Shown here: in pieces, positions 48,230 to 56,921 of the stretch | How the letters are laid out: each line of letters begins with the position of its first letter | Numbering within the stretch: the first letter of the stretch is position 1 | Assembly (NCBI GenBank): GCA_965223155.1 | Contig: CBDCVR010000014.1 | Span: forward strand, 320,001-384,000 | Direction of reading: 5' to 3' | Source of the DNA: Candidatus Multivoradales bacterium | Lineage (GTDB): Bacteria; Acidobacteriota; Thermoanaerobaculia; Multivoradales; JAHEKO01 | DNA length: 64,000 nt | Position numbers and translations under genes: made by a program | Notes under the pieces: model-generated | Seen by the model: the letters and a program-made list of their open reading frames with translations, nothing else | Database searches by the model: none | Told to the model about the DNA's origin: nothing

Positions 48230-48649
48230 CTAGTGGAGTCGTCGTCGGCAAAGCTCGACAGCTCTGTCCCACTTCGCGGTGGTCCGGAGCAGGTCTTGAC
48301 GAGCTTCATTGTGCTCAACAAGCTCGAGATTCTTGAGGGTCTTCAAGCTGTTAAAGACGGTTCTCTCCGAGACTCGAGTGAGTCTCGCCAAAGTCGGCTT
48401 CGACGCGTTACACCATCCTGGTACCGGTCCGTGGTTTCCGGACAGCTTCTCTATCGCGTCGGCCAGCAGGTAATCGGTATGCTTCAGGTCGAACTCTTCG
48501 AGGACTGGCCAGAACACCATCGTGTAAAGAGGGCCCCAGCTTGGCGGCTTGGTCCTCCTCTTCTTCTCGCGCATCTCGACCGCCTCAGCGAGGCGAGCCG
48601 TGGATGCGGCAAGCTGGTTCTTGAACTCTTTGTACGAATCGTCCCCCAT
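48230..48649 (-). CDS. winged-HTH replication initiator-like protein
   Basis: GWCNASKPTLARLTRVSERTVFNSLKTLKNLELV (HTH_36-like). Confidence 0.65.
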   Translation of the reverse strand: MGDDSYKEFKNQLAASTARLAEAVEMREKKRRTKPPSWGPLYTMVFWPVLEEFDLKHTDYLLADAIEKLSGNHGPVPGWCNASKPTLARLTRVSERTVFNSLKTLKNLELVEHNEARQDLLRTTAKWDRAVELCRRRLH

Positions 48650-48762
48650 ACCTTGGTTGCTTATACCTACAGAGTGCCCGGAGGACGCCCGGGCGTCAAG
48701 CGTGGAATGTGTGGACTGTGCGCTTGCAAGCAAGCCGTTTCCCCGGTCACTCGAGCTCGGCA

Positions 48763-49716
48763 CTAGTCGTCCGCCGGCTCCCGCTCGAGCATTGACCTGT
48801 ACTTGGCTCTCACCAGATCAAAGAACCTGCCGTCCTTTTCCCAGCTCTTCACAACCCATTCTACGAACGCGTCGTTGTACTGAGGAGCTGCCGTCGCAAA
48901 CGGTTGGTAGCAGAACTCCGGGTGCTTGCTCCACAGCTGAAAGACGTTCTTCAGACACTTCATATCGTGACTGTTGATCCTGTATCGCTCACCGAGTCGC
49001 TTGTTGACCAACTCAATCACATCCTTAGATCGATGTGGAAATTCCCTATCACCGTCGGTGAGTCTCACGGGTGCCGCCTTGGGGTCGGTTACCAGCCGGA
49101 CACGGGCATCACCAGGACCACCTTCAGTCAGTCCCGGCTTGAAGACCTTCACCACGCTTCCGGCAGGTGCATCCGTAACCTTCTTGATATCCCCGAGCCA
49201 GGCTTGTCTTTGACGGTTTACTTCTCGCTCAACGACTTTTCTGAGATCGCTTTCGTTACCAGGTTGGCTCTTCGCACCATGGCGAAAGTAGACAGTGCCC
49301 TCCTGAAAGGCGACCTTCTCCTTGCCTGCTTCGTTCCGATACGTGCCTGGTTTCTCAAACACCATAGGCATCGAGGCCGCTCCGACAACAAGTGTCGTCT
49401 TCTTGGTCCGTCCCCTGATGACAGACAGGAGCTCGAAGTCCGAGAACTGCCGTCCGGTGTAACGAGCGAGCTTGTCCGTGATCTTCGCTGGGTCGTACTC
49501 ACGAAGAGCCTCATCGTCAAAACGAGTCGCTCGTCCATTGTTCTTGACGCCAAAAACAATAACTCCGCCTCCGGAGTTCGCCATCGCCACGATGTCCTTC
49601 ACGACCTCGCACCACTCTCCCCTGGATTCAACATCGAAAGCCTCCTTGAAGTCCAAGTACTTGGACTCTCGTTTGGCGACCCTCGCACGATGAATCAGCT
49701 TCCCCTTGTCCATCAT
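48763..49716 (-). CDS. AlbA_2 / Schlafen-like domain protein
   Basis: ESKYLDFKE, KDIVAMANSGGGVIVFGV, YFRHGAKS. Confidence 0.82.
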   Translation of the reverse strand: MMDKGKLIHRARVAKRESKYLDFKEAFDVESRGEWCEVVKDIVAMANSGGGVIVFGVKNNGRATRFDDEALREYDPAKITDKLARYTGRQFSDFELLSVIRGRTKKTTLVVGAASMPMVFEKPGTYRNEAGKEKVAFQEGTVYFRHGAKSQPGNESDLRKVVEREVNRQRQAWLGDIKKVTDAPAGSVVKVFKPGLTEGGPGDARVRLVTDPKAAPVRLTDGDREFPHRSKDVIELVNKRLGERYRINSHDMKCLKNVFQLWSKHPEFCYQPFATAAPQYNDAFVEWVVKSWEKDGRFFDLVRAKYRSMLEREPADD

Positions 49717-49808
49717 CTCAATTGTAGACCCGGCACGATGTTGTGCAGCTTGACCGCTATCAACACCCGGGCTCTTGCCAACCTCGCAGCACCGCGTACG
49801 ATGAAGGC

Positions 49809-50477
49809 ATGGATCCCAGCAGATCGACAGAAGAAGAGACCCCGCGGAAGAGAGGCTCCGAAGAGGACGGTCCAAGACCGTCCAAAGCGGAACCAGGCGG
49901 CACAGGACGGACTGGATCCGTATTAGACGGAACAGCTCCGCTTCATGCGGAATCGAACCGCACCGTTCCGCAGGGAACGGAAGCCCAGGCTTCAGAGCTA
50001 CCCTGGGAGCGGGAAGAGCTCTACACTACGACCATCCGCGAGGCAGTCAAGCTCTTTGAGGCTGCAGGCGTGCCCCGAGCTGAACGAACGCTGGTCAAGT
50101 GGTGTTCCCGGGACGCGACAGGAATTGGCCGACTCGACTGCCAGTATGACTCCAACGACCGGAAGTACTACATCACGGAGGAGAGCATCAGCCGCGTCAT
50201 CGCTGAGGAGCAGCAGAAAGCGAACCGCAAACCAGCTGTAGAGCAGACGGTGGACAGCGAGAAAGGGGCCGCGCCAGTCGAACTACCGCACACGAAGGAA
50301 GTGAGGGAATTGGAACTCAAGCTCCGCGACCTAGAGATCTCAAACCGCGCCAAGGACCACGTCATCGACCGGTACGAAAAGGAAAGGGAGGCTATGCTGA
50401 ACCAGTTGACGGCGGCGAGTCAGAAAGTTGGATCTCTAGAGACGGAGTTGAGGAGGTTGGAGGAGCCTACAGAGTAG
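49809..50477 (+). CDS. hypothetical protein with HTH-like and coiled-coil regions
   Basis: TIREAVKLF...ERTLVKWC...YYITEESI, then heptad-rich C-terminus; start uncertain. Confidence 0.6.
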   Translation: MDPSRSTEEETPRKRGSEEDGPRPSKAEPGGTGRTGSVLDGTAPLHAESNRTVPQGTEAQASELPWEREELYTTTIREAVKLFEAAGVPRAERTLVKWCSRDATGIGRLDCQYDSNDRKYYITEESISRVIAEEQQKANRKPAVEQTVDSEKGAAPVELPHTKEVRELELKLRDLEISNRAKDHVIDRYEKEREAMLNQLTAASQKVGSLETELRRLEEPTE

Positions 50478-50548
50478 GCTAGAGGCGACGGTCCCTCGGC
50501 GATCCTCAGCTGAGGATCCCCTCGTAGGGACGAAGAAGGTTCGACGAG

Positions 50549-50785
50549 ATGAAACGGCAGGCGGTCAGCTCTTCCAGCATCGCTTCAGTTGGCTACGACG
50601 AGAGCTCAAACACTCTCGAAATCGGCTTCCAGAATGGCCGAGTCTATCTGTACCTTCAGGTGCCAGGGATTGAGTTTGAAGGCTTGATGGCGGCGCACTC
50701 GAAGGGGCGATACTTCAATTCCAGAATTGCGGGCCGCTTCGACTACCGACAGATTCGAGGACCGCATGAACGAGAGTTCAATTGA
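50549..50785 (+). CDS. KTSC domain protein
   Basis: VSSSSIASVGYD...LEIGFQNGRVYLY...SKGRYFNSRI. Confidence 0.9.
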   Translation: MKRQAVSSSSIASVGYDESSNTLEIGFQNGRVYLYLQVPGIEFEGLMAAHSKGRYFNSRIAGRFDYRQIRGPHEREFN

Positions 50786-50809
50786 CAGGCTTCTTCGAGA
50801 GGGTATTCT
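50782..50809 (+). promoter_or_regulatory. sigma70 promoter, probably giving a leaderless R-M transcript
   Basis: TTGACA-N16-TATTCT, with ATG 50817 seven nt after the -10. Confidence 0.55.
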
Positions 50810-50816
50810 GACTAGC

Positions 50817-51566
50817 ATGATTGCACCTGAGATTTTCCGTCACTGCGTTTCGGCAATTCGCGATGGCGAACTGATTCGACGTGAGAGCCGAAAGGACAAG
50901 GAGTTTCACTTCCAGAACTGGTTCAAGGAGCGCCTTCGACAAACGGAGCACAACTTCGAAGAGGGTGGTAGGAATAGCTACCCCGATTTTCGGCTTGTCC
51001 AGCACACAGAAGGCTACGAACTCAAAGGACTTGCGTATCCCGGACGAGACGCAACCTTCGACAGCAACAGCCAGGTTCCGACAGGCTTTCACAATGGTAG
51101 ATCCATCTACTACGTCTTCGGGCGATACCCGAAGAAGCCTGATGGAAACAGCTATCCCGTTCTGGACCTTGTTCTTTGTCACGGCGACTTCTTGAATGCC
51201 GATCACGAGTACGAGCACAAGAACAAGAGCGTGAAGGGCTTCGGAACGTACGGAGACCTAATGATCCGAGATCGGAAAATGTACGTAGTCCCGACACCGT
51301 TCAGACTAGCTGACGGGCTCGCGCACGAAATGACGATGATCCTTCCCGCCGAAGATGAGCCGGGAGAGCGATTCGCGGAGGTCGGCCAGCTGCTTCGCAA
51401 AGAAGCTGAGGATGTCGTAGTTGGATACTCGTTCGACCTGCGGACCAATGAACTAAAGACGGAGAGAGTCAGCAATCCCCATGCAGGTCAAGAGCACGCG
51501 TTCCGAGCTTGGCGGTTGCAGGGCACCTCAGAAACGGCTGTTGCGATGGCCGCACAGAACACATGA
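50817..51566 (+). CDS. putative type II restriction endonuclease
   Basis: SYPDF...EGYELK (PD-ExK); ATGA overlap with the methyltransferase. Confidence 0.65.
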   Translation: MIAPEIFRHCVSAIRDGELIRRESRKDKEFHFQNWFKERLRQTEHNFEEGGRNSYPDFRLVQHTEGYELKGLAYPGRDATFDSNSQVPTGFHNGRSIYYVFGRYPKKPDGNSYPVLDLVLCHGDFLNADHEYEHKNKSVKGFGTYGDLMIRDRKMYVVPTPFRLADGLAHEMTMILPAEDEPGERFAEVGQLLRKEAEDVVVGYSFDLRTNELKTERVSNPHAGQEHAFRAWRLQGTSETAVAMAAQNT

Positions 51567-53668
51567 GTGGAAGACGGCTAATCGAAACGAACGAGTTTCC
51601 TTTTGAGTTCTTGTCACTGCTCGCCAAGAGGGAGAGCTGGCGCAAGGAGATTCACAGGCCCATCTACCACGTACACAAGTGGTGGGCGAAGCGGCTTGGC
51701 TCGGTCTTCCGAGGCTTGGCTCTTGGCAGCACCTTGGACGCCGATCAGGCACTGGAAGACTCGTTCTATGCTCCGCCCAGCCTACCGAAGACGGTGGTGT
51801 TTGACCCGTTTATGGGATCAGGCACGACCATAGGTGAATCGCACAAGCTCGGTCTTACCGCGCTCGGTCGTGACATTAACCCTGTGGCAGTCGAGGCAGC
51901 CAGGGTCGCCTTTAGCGAGTTAGATGAGGACCTTCTAGAGGAATCCTTCGCCGAGATCGATCGAACAGTCGGGAACAGAATCCAGCGGCTCTACTATTCG
52001 AAGGACTCCCTGGGACGTCTTTGTCAGGTTCTGTACTACTTCTGGGTCATGGAGTTGCAGTGCCCGTTGTGCAGCGACAGCGTGGACCTGTTTCCTTCGT
52101 GGATCAGAGCGCGAAACGCGTATCCAAAGCGTAAGCCAGAGGTGCAGATTCTCTGTCCATCTTGCGGAAGCCTCTTCGAGGGGCACTACAAAGACACTCT
52201 GGTGCAGTGCACGGCCTGTAGTCACGAGTTCGATCCTCGGCAGGGGCCGGCTCGCGGGTCACGCATCACCTGCGGCAGTTGCGCCAAGCAGTTCACAGCC
52301 CTTGATGCTGTTGCTAGGGCTGGTGGCGGCCCCCCCGCGTTCCGGCTCTACGGCAAGCTGGTCTTGACGAAAAAGGGGGACAAGGAGTACCTGCCAGCTA
52401 GCGAAGAAGACATAGCTCAGTACAACGATTGCAAGAAGATTCTCGAGAGTGAGCTGAAGCGAGAAGGTTTCAAGCTGCCTAGCCTGGAGCTCAGCGAGGG
52501 CTATAACACCCGACAGGCGATGGCGTATGGCTTCACGGCTTGGCGGCAGTTCTTCAACGTGCGCCAACTTCTAGCGTTGGGTTGGCTCCACGAGGCGATT
52601 GCAGCGCTCCCCAAAGAAAAAGGAAGAGGGGCCTTTCTGACCCTCTTCTCCGGCGTACTTGAGTTCAACAACATGTTCGCTTCCTACAAAGGAGAGGGAA
52701 CCGGTGCCGTGCGGCACATGTTCTCTCATCACATCTTGAAGCCAGAAAGGACGCCAATAGAGGCTAACCTGTGGGGTACTCCGAAGAGCTCAGGCTCATT
52801 CTCTGGCCTCTTCCGCACACGACTACTTAGAGCGGCTCGCTACCAAAAGGCACCCACCGAGCTCAACGGCGTTACGAACGGAGAGCGAGCGGTGGTCTGC
52901 TCTCCGGCCTTTAGCGGACAGCTAGAGGCAGACTGGCCAACAGGTACGGCACCTCGAGAGCGGAGGATCTACCTGTCATGCGGAGATTCCGCTTCGAGTG
53001 GGCTCGGCTCCAAGACCGTTGACCTGGTACTAACGGATCCGCCCTTCTTCGACAATGTCCACTACTCGGAGCTGGCGGACTTCTTCTACGCATGGCAACA
53101 AGTGAACAGCGAGGGACCGGCTGAGTCGACTCGAGCAGATGAGGAAGTCCAGGATGTTGATGCCGACGGGTTCTCGCAGAAACTTGAGAGTGTCTTTCGA
53201 GAATGCAACCGAGTACTGCGAGACGACGGACTCCTTGTGTTCACCTACCACCACTCACGCGACGAGGGCTGGACAGCTGTAGCAAAGTCGATTCTGGGTG
53301 CAGGTTTTCAGGTGGTGAACGCACACCCGTTGAAGGCAGAGATGTCCGTGGCAACGCCGAAAGCCCAAGCGAAGGAGCCGATCCAACTCGATATTGCGGT
53401 TGTCTGTCGAAAGCACGGGGGTCAGGTAGCCGAGAGACCTACGCAAGAGGAGGCTCTGGCAGCGGCGAGAGCGAAGATCGAACGGCTGCAACAAGCTGGC
53501 TTCTCGCTGTCTCTCAACGACCGTCGAACAGTCTTGTTTGGCCAGCTGTTAACGGCTATGCGTTCTCCTTCCGATCTTCTGAAACTGGCCGATGCTACCG
53601 TTCCGCAGATTTTTCCAACAAGCATCCGTCTCGAGGATGCCTCAAATCAGCTTACCCAGGAGGTCTAG
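51563..53668 (+). CDS. amino-DNA methyltransferase with Zn ribbons (DUF1156-like)
   Basis: HKWWAKR, FDPFMGSGT (motif I), four CxxC, TDPPFFDNVHY (motif IV). Confidence 0.9.
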   Translation: MSGRRLIETNEFPFEFLSLLAKRESWRKEIHRPIYHVHKWWAKRLGSVFRGLALGSTLDADQALEDSFYAPPSLPKTVVFDPFMGSGTTIGESHKLGLTALGRDINPVAVEAARVAFSELDEDLLEESFAEIDRTVGNRIQRLYYSKDSLGRLCQVLYYFWVMELQCPLCSDSVDLFPSWIRARNAYPKRKPEVQILCPSCGSLFEGHYKDTLVQCTACSHEFDPRQGPARGSRITCGSCAKQFTALDAVARAGGGPPAFRLYGKLVLTKKGDKEYLPASEEDIAQYNDCKKILESELKREGFKLPSLELSEGYNTRQAMAYGFTAWRQFFNVRQLLALGWLHEAIAALPKEKGRGAFLTLFSGVLEFNNMFASYKGEGTGAVRHMFSHHILKPERTPIEANLWGTPKSSGSFSGLFRTRLLRAARYQKAPTELNGVTNGERAVVCSPAFSGQLEADWPTGTAPRERRIYLSCGDSASSGLGSKTVDLVLTDPPFFDNVHYSELADFFYAWQQVNSEGPAESTRADEEVQDVDADGFSQKLESVFRECNRVLRDDGLLVFTYHHSRDEGWTAVAKSILGAGFQVVNAHPLKAEMSVATPKAQAKEPIQLDIAVVCRKHGGQVAERPTQEEALAAARAKIERLQQAGFSLSLNDRRTVLFGQLLTAMRSPSDLLKLADATVPQIFPTSIRLEDASNQLTQEV

Positions 53669-53692
53669 AAGTTATCTGGAGGGAAGCCAAGA

Positions 53693-53920
53693 ATGGGAGT
53701 CTATTGGGTCAATGAACACTGCCCAAAGTGTGGTGATTTCAACAAGATGAAGGGGATGGACATCCAAGACCTATGGGATCCCCACCCCGACGCTTACGAC
53801 CTGAAGTACCACGGAAGAACATACCGAGAACTGGGAATCTCCGGTCGGGGCAAGTGGAATACTTACCATTGTGAGAAGTGTGGTCACGTGTGGGCGAAAC
53901 TGAGGAAGCGCTACGAATAG
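53693..53920 (+). CDS. small Zn-ribbon protein
   Basis: CPKC...CEKCGHVW; GGAGG upstream. Confidence 0.55.
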   Translation: MGVYWVNEHCPKCGDFNKMKGMDIQDLWDPHPDAYDLKYHGRTYRELGISGRGKWNTYHCEKCGHVWAKLRKRYE

Positions 53921-53921
53921 G

Positions 53922-53948
53922 AAAAGCGCCCCCAGGAAGCGGGGGCGC
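53922..53948 (-). terminator. intrinsic terminator between convergent genes
   Basis: GCGCCCCC/GGGGGCGC stem with a T4 tail on the minus strand. Confidence 0.6.
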
Positions 53949-53970
53949 GCAAGGATCAAGCAAGAAGCGC

Positions 53971-54930
53971 TTAGAGCTCCGTTACACAGACGTAGACCTG
54001 AGAAGCCAGTCGCACAAGGAGATCATCGCGGCTTCGGCCTGCTGGCAACGCCAGCGTCACCTGTTGCAGCTCGCCAGCGAAAGCGGTGATGAGCGCTTCC
54101 TGGCGATTGCTTGCCGTTTCGCTCATCAGAGCAACAACCCTCTCGGCGCCTGAGAATCGCCAGACGTCAAGAATGTCGGCTACCACAACCAAGTGTTTCT
54201 CGTTCGCGTTAACAGCCCGGTGGAGGTTGTAGAGCTCCAGCTCCGAATCAAACTTCGGCGGGAGCTTCCAGCCTTCACCCTCGAGGCTCCAACCTGCATA
54301 GGCGAGCAACTCGCCGGTTGCGGAATGGATAGGAACAGCGAGTCGCCCTGCCATGATTCCTCGGCTGCAGTAACCAGCCTCGAAGCGTTCGACAGTTGCC
54401 CGATCAAACCCGAGCGGCTCGAGCAGCTCATGGCCGGAGTCGAGCCTGAGGGCAAACCCGAGGGGTCGGTTACGGTCCTCGGACGCTGGAGAAACCCTGT
54501 CAGAGGGGGTACTTGGACTCACGACAGGGTCGTCAGATGTGCTCTCACCGTCACTGGGAGCGTCGTTCTTGGCCGGCTGGTGCTCTGCAGGCCGCTTGCG
54601 TGGCTTCTGAGCACCTGTGAGACCAAACACCTCGGCCAGGGTCGAGGCCACCTTGCGGATTGAAATGTCCTCCATGCGGGCGGCGAAGTCGAGGACATTG
54701 CCGCCCTCCTCGCAGCCGTGGCAGTACCAGGCGTTCTTGGACGTCGAAACGTGGAACGGCCGCGGGCTTTCCCCTTCGTGGAAGGGGCAGGGCCCGCAGT
54801 AGCCGTCGTCCTTCTCCTCGAGCTCGGCCAGGAGACCGTAGTGCTCGAGAACCTGCTTCATGGTGACCTGTCGCTTTACGGCAGCAAAGTCGATCCATCC
54901 GGAGCGTCGCTTGCGACGCGTCTTCGGCAT
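53971..54930 (-). CDS. CHC2 zinc-finger primase-like protein
   Basis: CPFH...WYCHGCEEGGNVLDF, RLAVPIH; TOPRIM acidic motifs look degenerate; GGAGG RBS. Confidence 0.82.
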   Translation of the reverse strand: MPKTRRKRRSGWIDFAAVKRQVTMKQVLEHYGLLAELEEKDDGYCGPCPFHEGESPRPFHVSTSKNAWYCHGCEEGGNVLDFAARMEDISIRKVASTLAEVFGLTGAQKPRKRPAEHQPAKNDAPSDGESTSDDPVVSPSTPSDRVSPASEDRNRPLGFALRLDSGHELLEPLGFDRATVERFEAGYCSRGIMAGRLAVPIHSATGELLAYAGWSLEGEGWKLPPKFDSELELYNLHRAVNANEKHLVVVADILDVWRFSGAERVVALMSETASNRQEALITAFAGELQQVTLALPAGRSRDDLLVRLASQVYVCVTEL

Positions 54931-54980
54931 TGGTACCTCCTTCTTGTTCTGAATTCTGGAAAGTGGTCGGGGTCCGGCTC

Positions 54981-55460
54981 TTACCACCCCCCGCGCTGGC
55001 GGAGGGAGACGTACTTCGGGGACTCCCCGATGATCAGATGGTCGACAAGTCGAACACCGACGACGTCGGCGGCACCCTCGAGGCGACGAGTGAACGCCAG
55101 GTCCTCGGCGCTCGGTGATGGATCACCGCTCGGGTGGCTGTGAAAGAGAATGATGCCGGCAGCATTCGCGAGGAGCGCTGGCACGAGAAGTCCGCGAGGC
55201 TCGACGGCCGCACGGTTCAACGTACCCATGAACACGACGAGGTGCTCTATCGCGCGATTGCGCGAGTCGAGCATCACCTCTCCCATGACCTCGTAGGCGT
55301 AAGGACCAACAACGGTCGAGAGAAACCTCGACACACTCTCTGGTCGATCGCATACACACGGCTCGTCATAGGGAGCTTCGTGCTCCTGTACGAGCTCCAG
55401 GCGATAGCGGGTCGCTATCGACACCTCTTCTGCGGAGACGCACGTCTCCTGTTCGGCCAT
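54981..55460 (-). CDS. radC: RadC/JAB domain protein
   Basis: HSHPSGDPSPSAED...LVDHLIIG. Confidence 0.9.
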   Translation of the reverse strand: MAEQETCVSAEEVSIATRYRLELVQEHEAPYDEPCVCDRPESVSRFLSTVVGPYAYEVMGEVMLDSRNRAIEHLVVFMGTLNRAAVEPRGLLVPALLANAAGIILFHSHPSGDPSPSAEDLAFTRRLEGAADVVGVRLVDHLIIGESPKYVSLRQRGGW

Positions 55461-55572
55461 ACGTGGCCTCCTTTCTGTGGTTGGTTGTGGTGGGAACTCT
55501 GGCCCTAGCGAAGGCTAGGTCTAGGGCTCACATTACGGATCAACTGCGGGCTGTCAAGGCAGCTGCACCCGC

Positions 55573-55812
55573 TTACTTCTGCGGCGCGGTCTTTCGCGAA
55601 TCAATGCCCAAGTGCGTGTCTATAACCCTGAGACGGTCTTCGAGTTGGTCGAACTTCACGAGCTGCTGTAGGAGCTTGGTGTGCTCATCAAGCTCATCCT
55701 GCATTGCGCCGAGAACAGCGCGCATCACCGCTCGATCCTCGGATGCCTCATTGAAGCCCTCCGCGATCATCTGAGCAAGGACATCGAGACTGATTTCATT
55801 TTCATCCGACAT
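55573..55812 (-). CDS. small coiled-coil hypothetical protein
   Basis: 79-aa amphipathic ORF collinear with the operon. Confidence 0.5.
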   Translation of the reverse strand: MSDENEISLDVLAQMIAEGFNEASEDRAVMRAVLGAMQDELDEHTKLLQQLVKFDQLEDRLRVIDTHLGIDSRKTAPQK

Positions 55813-55942
55813 AGCTGAAGTGGTTAGCTGATAAGCAACCTGCAGCGGGGAACCTCACCGGTAGCCGCGGCTGCAGGACTTCACTTCAGAGTACGCGGCC
55901 TCGGCCGCCTGTCAAGCAGAGGCGACAACTGCGGCGAAGGAC

Positions 55943-56890
55943 CTAGCTACCTGCAAGCAGCCTCACCGGCACACCCTTGGCGTTCTGCCATCTATGGGTG
56001 AGAAAGTCACCTGCCATAAGGTCCGTATGCGAAGCGAAGAGGGACATCCCCGGCGTTGTAGGAGCGACCTTGAGTGCGAGGTCCTGGAGGTTCCTGATCC
56101 TCCGGTGAGCCTGCTTCGTGGTGACCACCGTCAAGACTCGTGGATGTCGAAAACCGTAGGGTGGCGTCACCGCCTCATCGCGCCAGCGCATCGAGGACTG
56201 CCAGTACAGAAGGAACTTCTTATACAACGACGAGCGATGCCTGAGGTCCTTTCGCACCAGGGGCTCGGTGCCGCGATCTGCCTCGAGGAATAGGAGAGAG
56301 GGAAGCCTCTTTCCCGGTACGGCGAAAATAGCGTCCGGGTAGATTCTCAGTCGGTAGCGCTTCCGGTCTTCGTGGATGAAGTCCACCTCCCACCCAGATA
56401 CGTTCTCGACTCCCAGAAGATGCTTCTGGCGAGTCGCAGGCGGTGACTGCGCGAGGATGTCGTTGAAGTCGAGGACCTCGATCCCGTGACGACGTCTGGA
56501 CGTCTCGAGAGAGACAAGTAGATCAGAGACCAGAAGGACGTGCTCGAAGTGAGCGTGAGATGTGGTCTGGGTCGGGTGGTCGAGGCCGAATCTTTCGGAA
56601 AGGACCTGGGAGCCTTTCCGACCGAGCCCGTAGACCAAGGGTCTCGAACCCGTTTCCCCGAAGTATTTGAGCTGAGCTTTCGGCCGAGTCAGGTATCCGT
56701 GGTGAAAGAGCTTCGCCAGCCGATCAGTGATGACCTTGCGCCCCGGGGCTTCCAGGAGTGCGACGATGTGATCGGAGTTGAGAAAGCGGTGCTTCGCAAC
56801 CAAGCTGATGATCTCAACATCACGGTCGGTCAGCCGGTGCCCTGCAGTCGGCTTTCTTCTGAATCTTGGTTGGCGCTGCCTCTTTGCCAT
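55943..56890 (-). CDS. replication-relaxation (Replic_Relax) family relaxase
   Basis: LTDRDVEII...HRFL, RLAKLFHHGYL, HAHFEH, PDAIF, FLEADRGTE. Confidence 0.85.
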   Translation of the reverse strand: MAKRQRQPRFRRKPTAGHRLTDRDVEIISLVAKHRFLNSDHIVALLEAPGRKVITDRLAKLFHHGYLTRPKAQLKYFGETGSRPLVYGLGRKGSQVLSERFGLDHPTQTTSHAHFEHVLLVSDLLVSLETSRRRHGIEVLDFNDILAQSPPATRQKHLLGVENVSGWEVDFIHEDRKRYRLRIYPDAIFAVPGKRLPSLLFLEADRGTEPLVRKDLRHRSSLYKKFLLYWQSSMRWRDEAVTPPYGFRHPRVLTVVTTKQAHRRIRNLQDLALKVAPTTPGMSLFASHTDLMAGDFLTHRWQNAKGVPVRLLAGS

Positions 56891-56921
56891 TCTTCAGTAT
56901 GCAGAGAATCGAACGGCAGCG

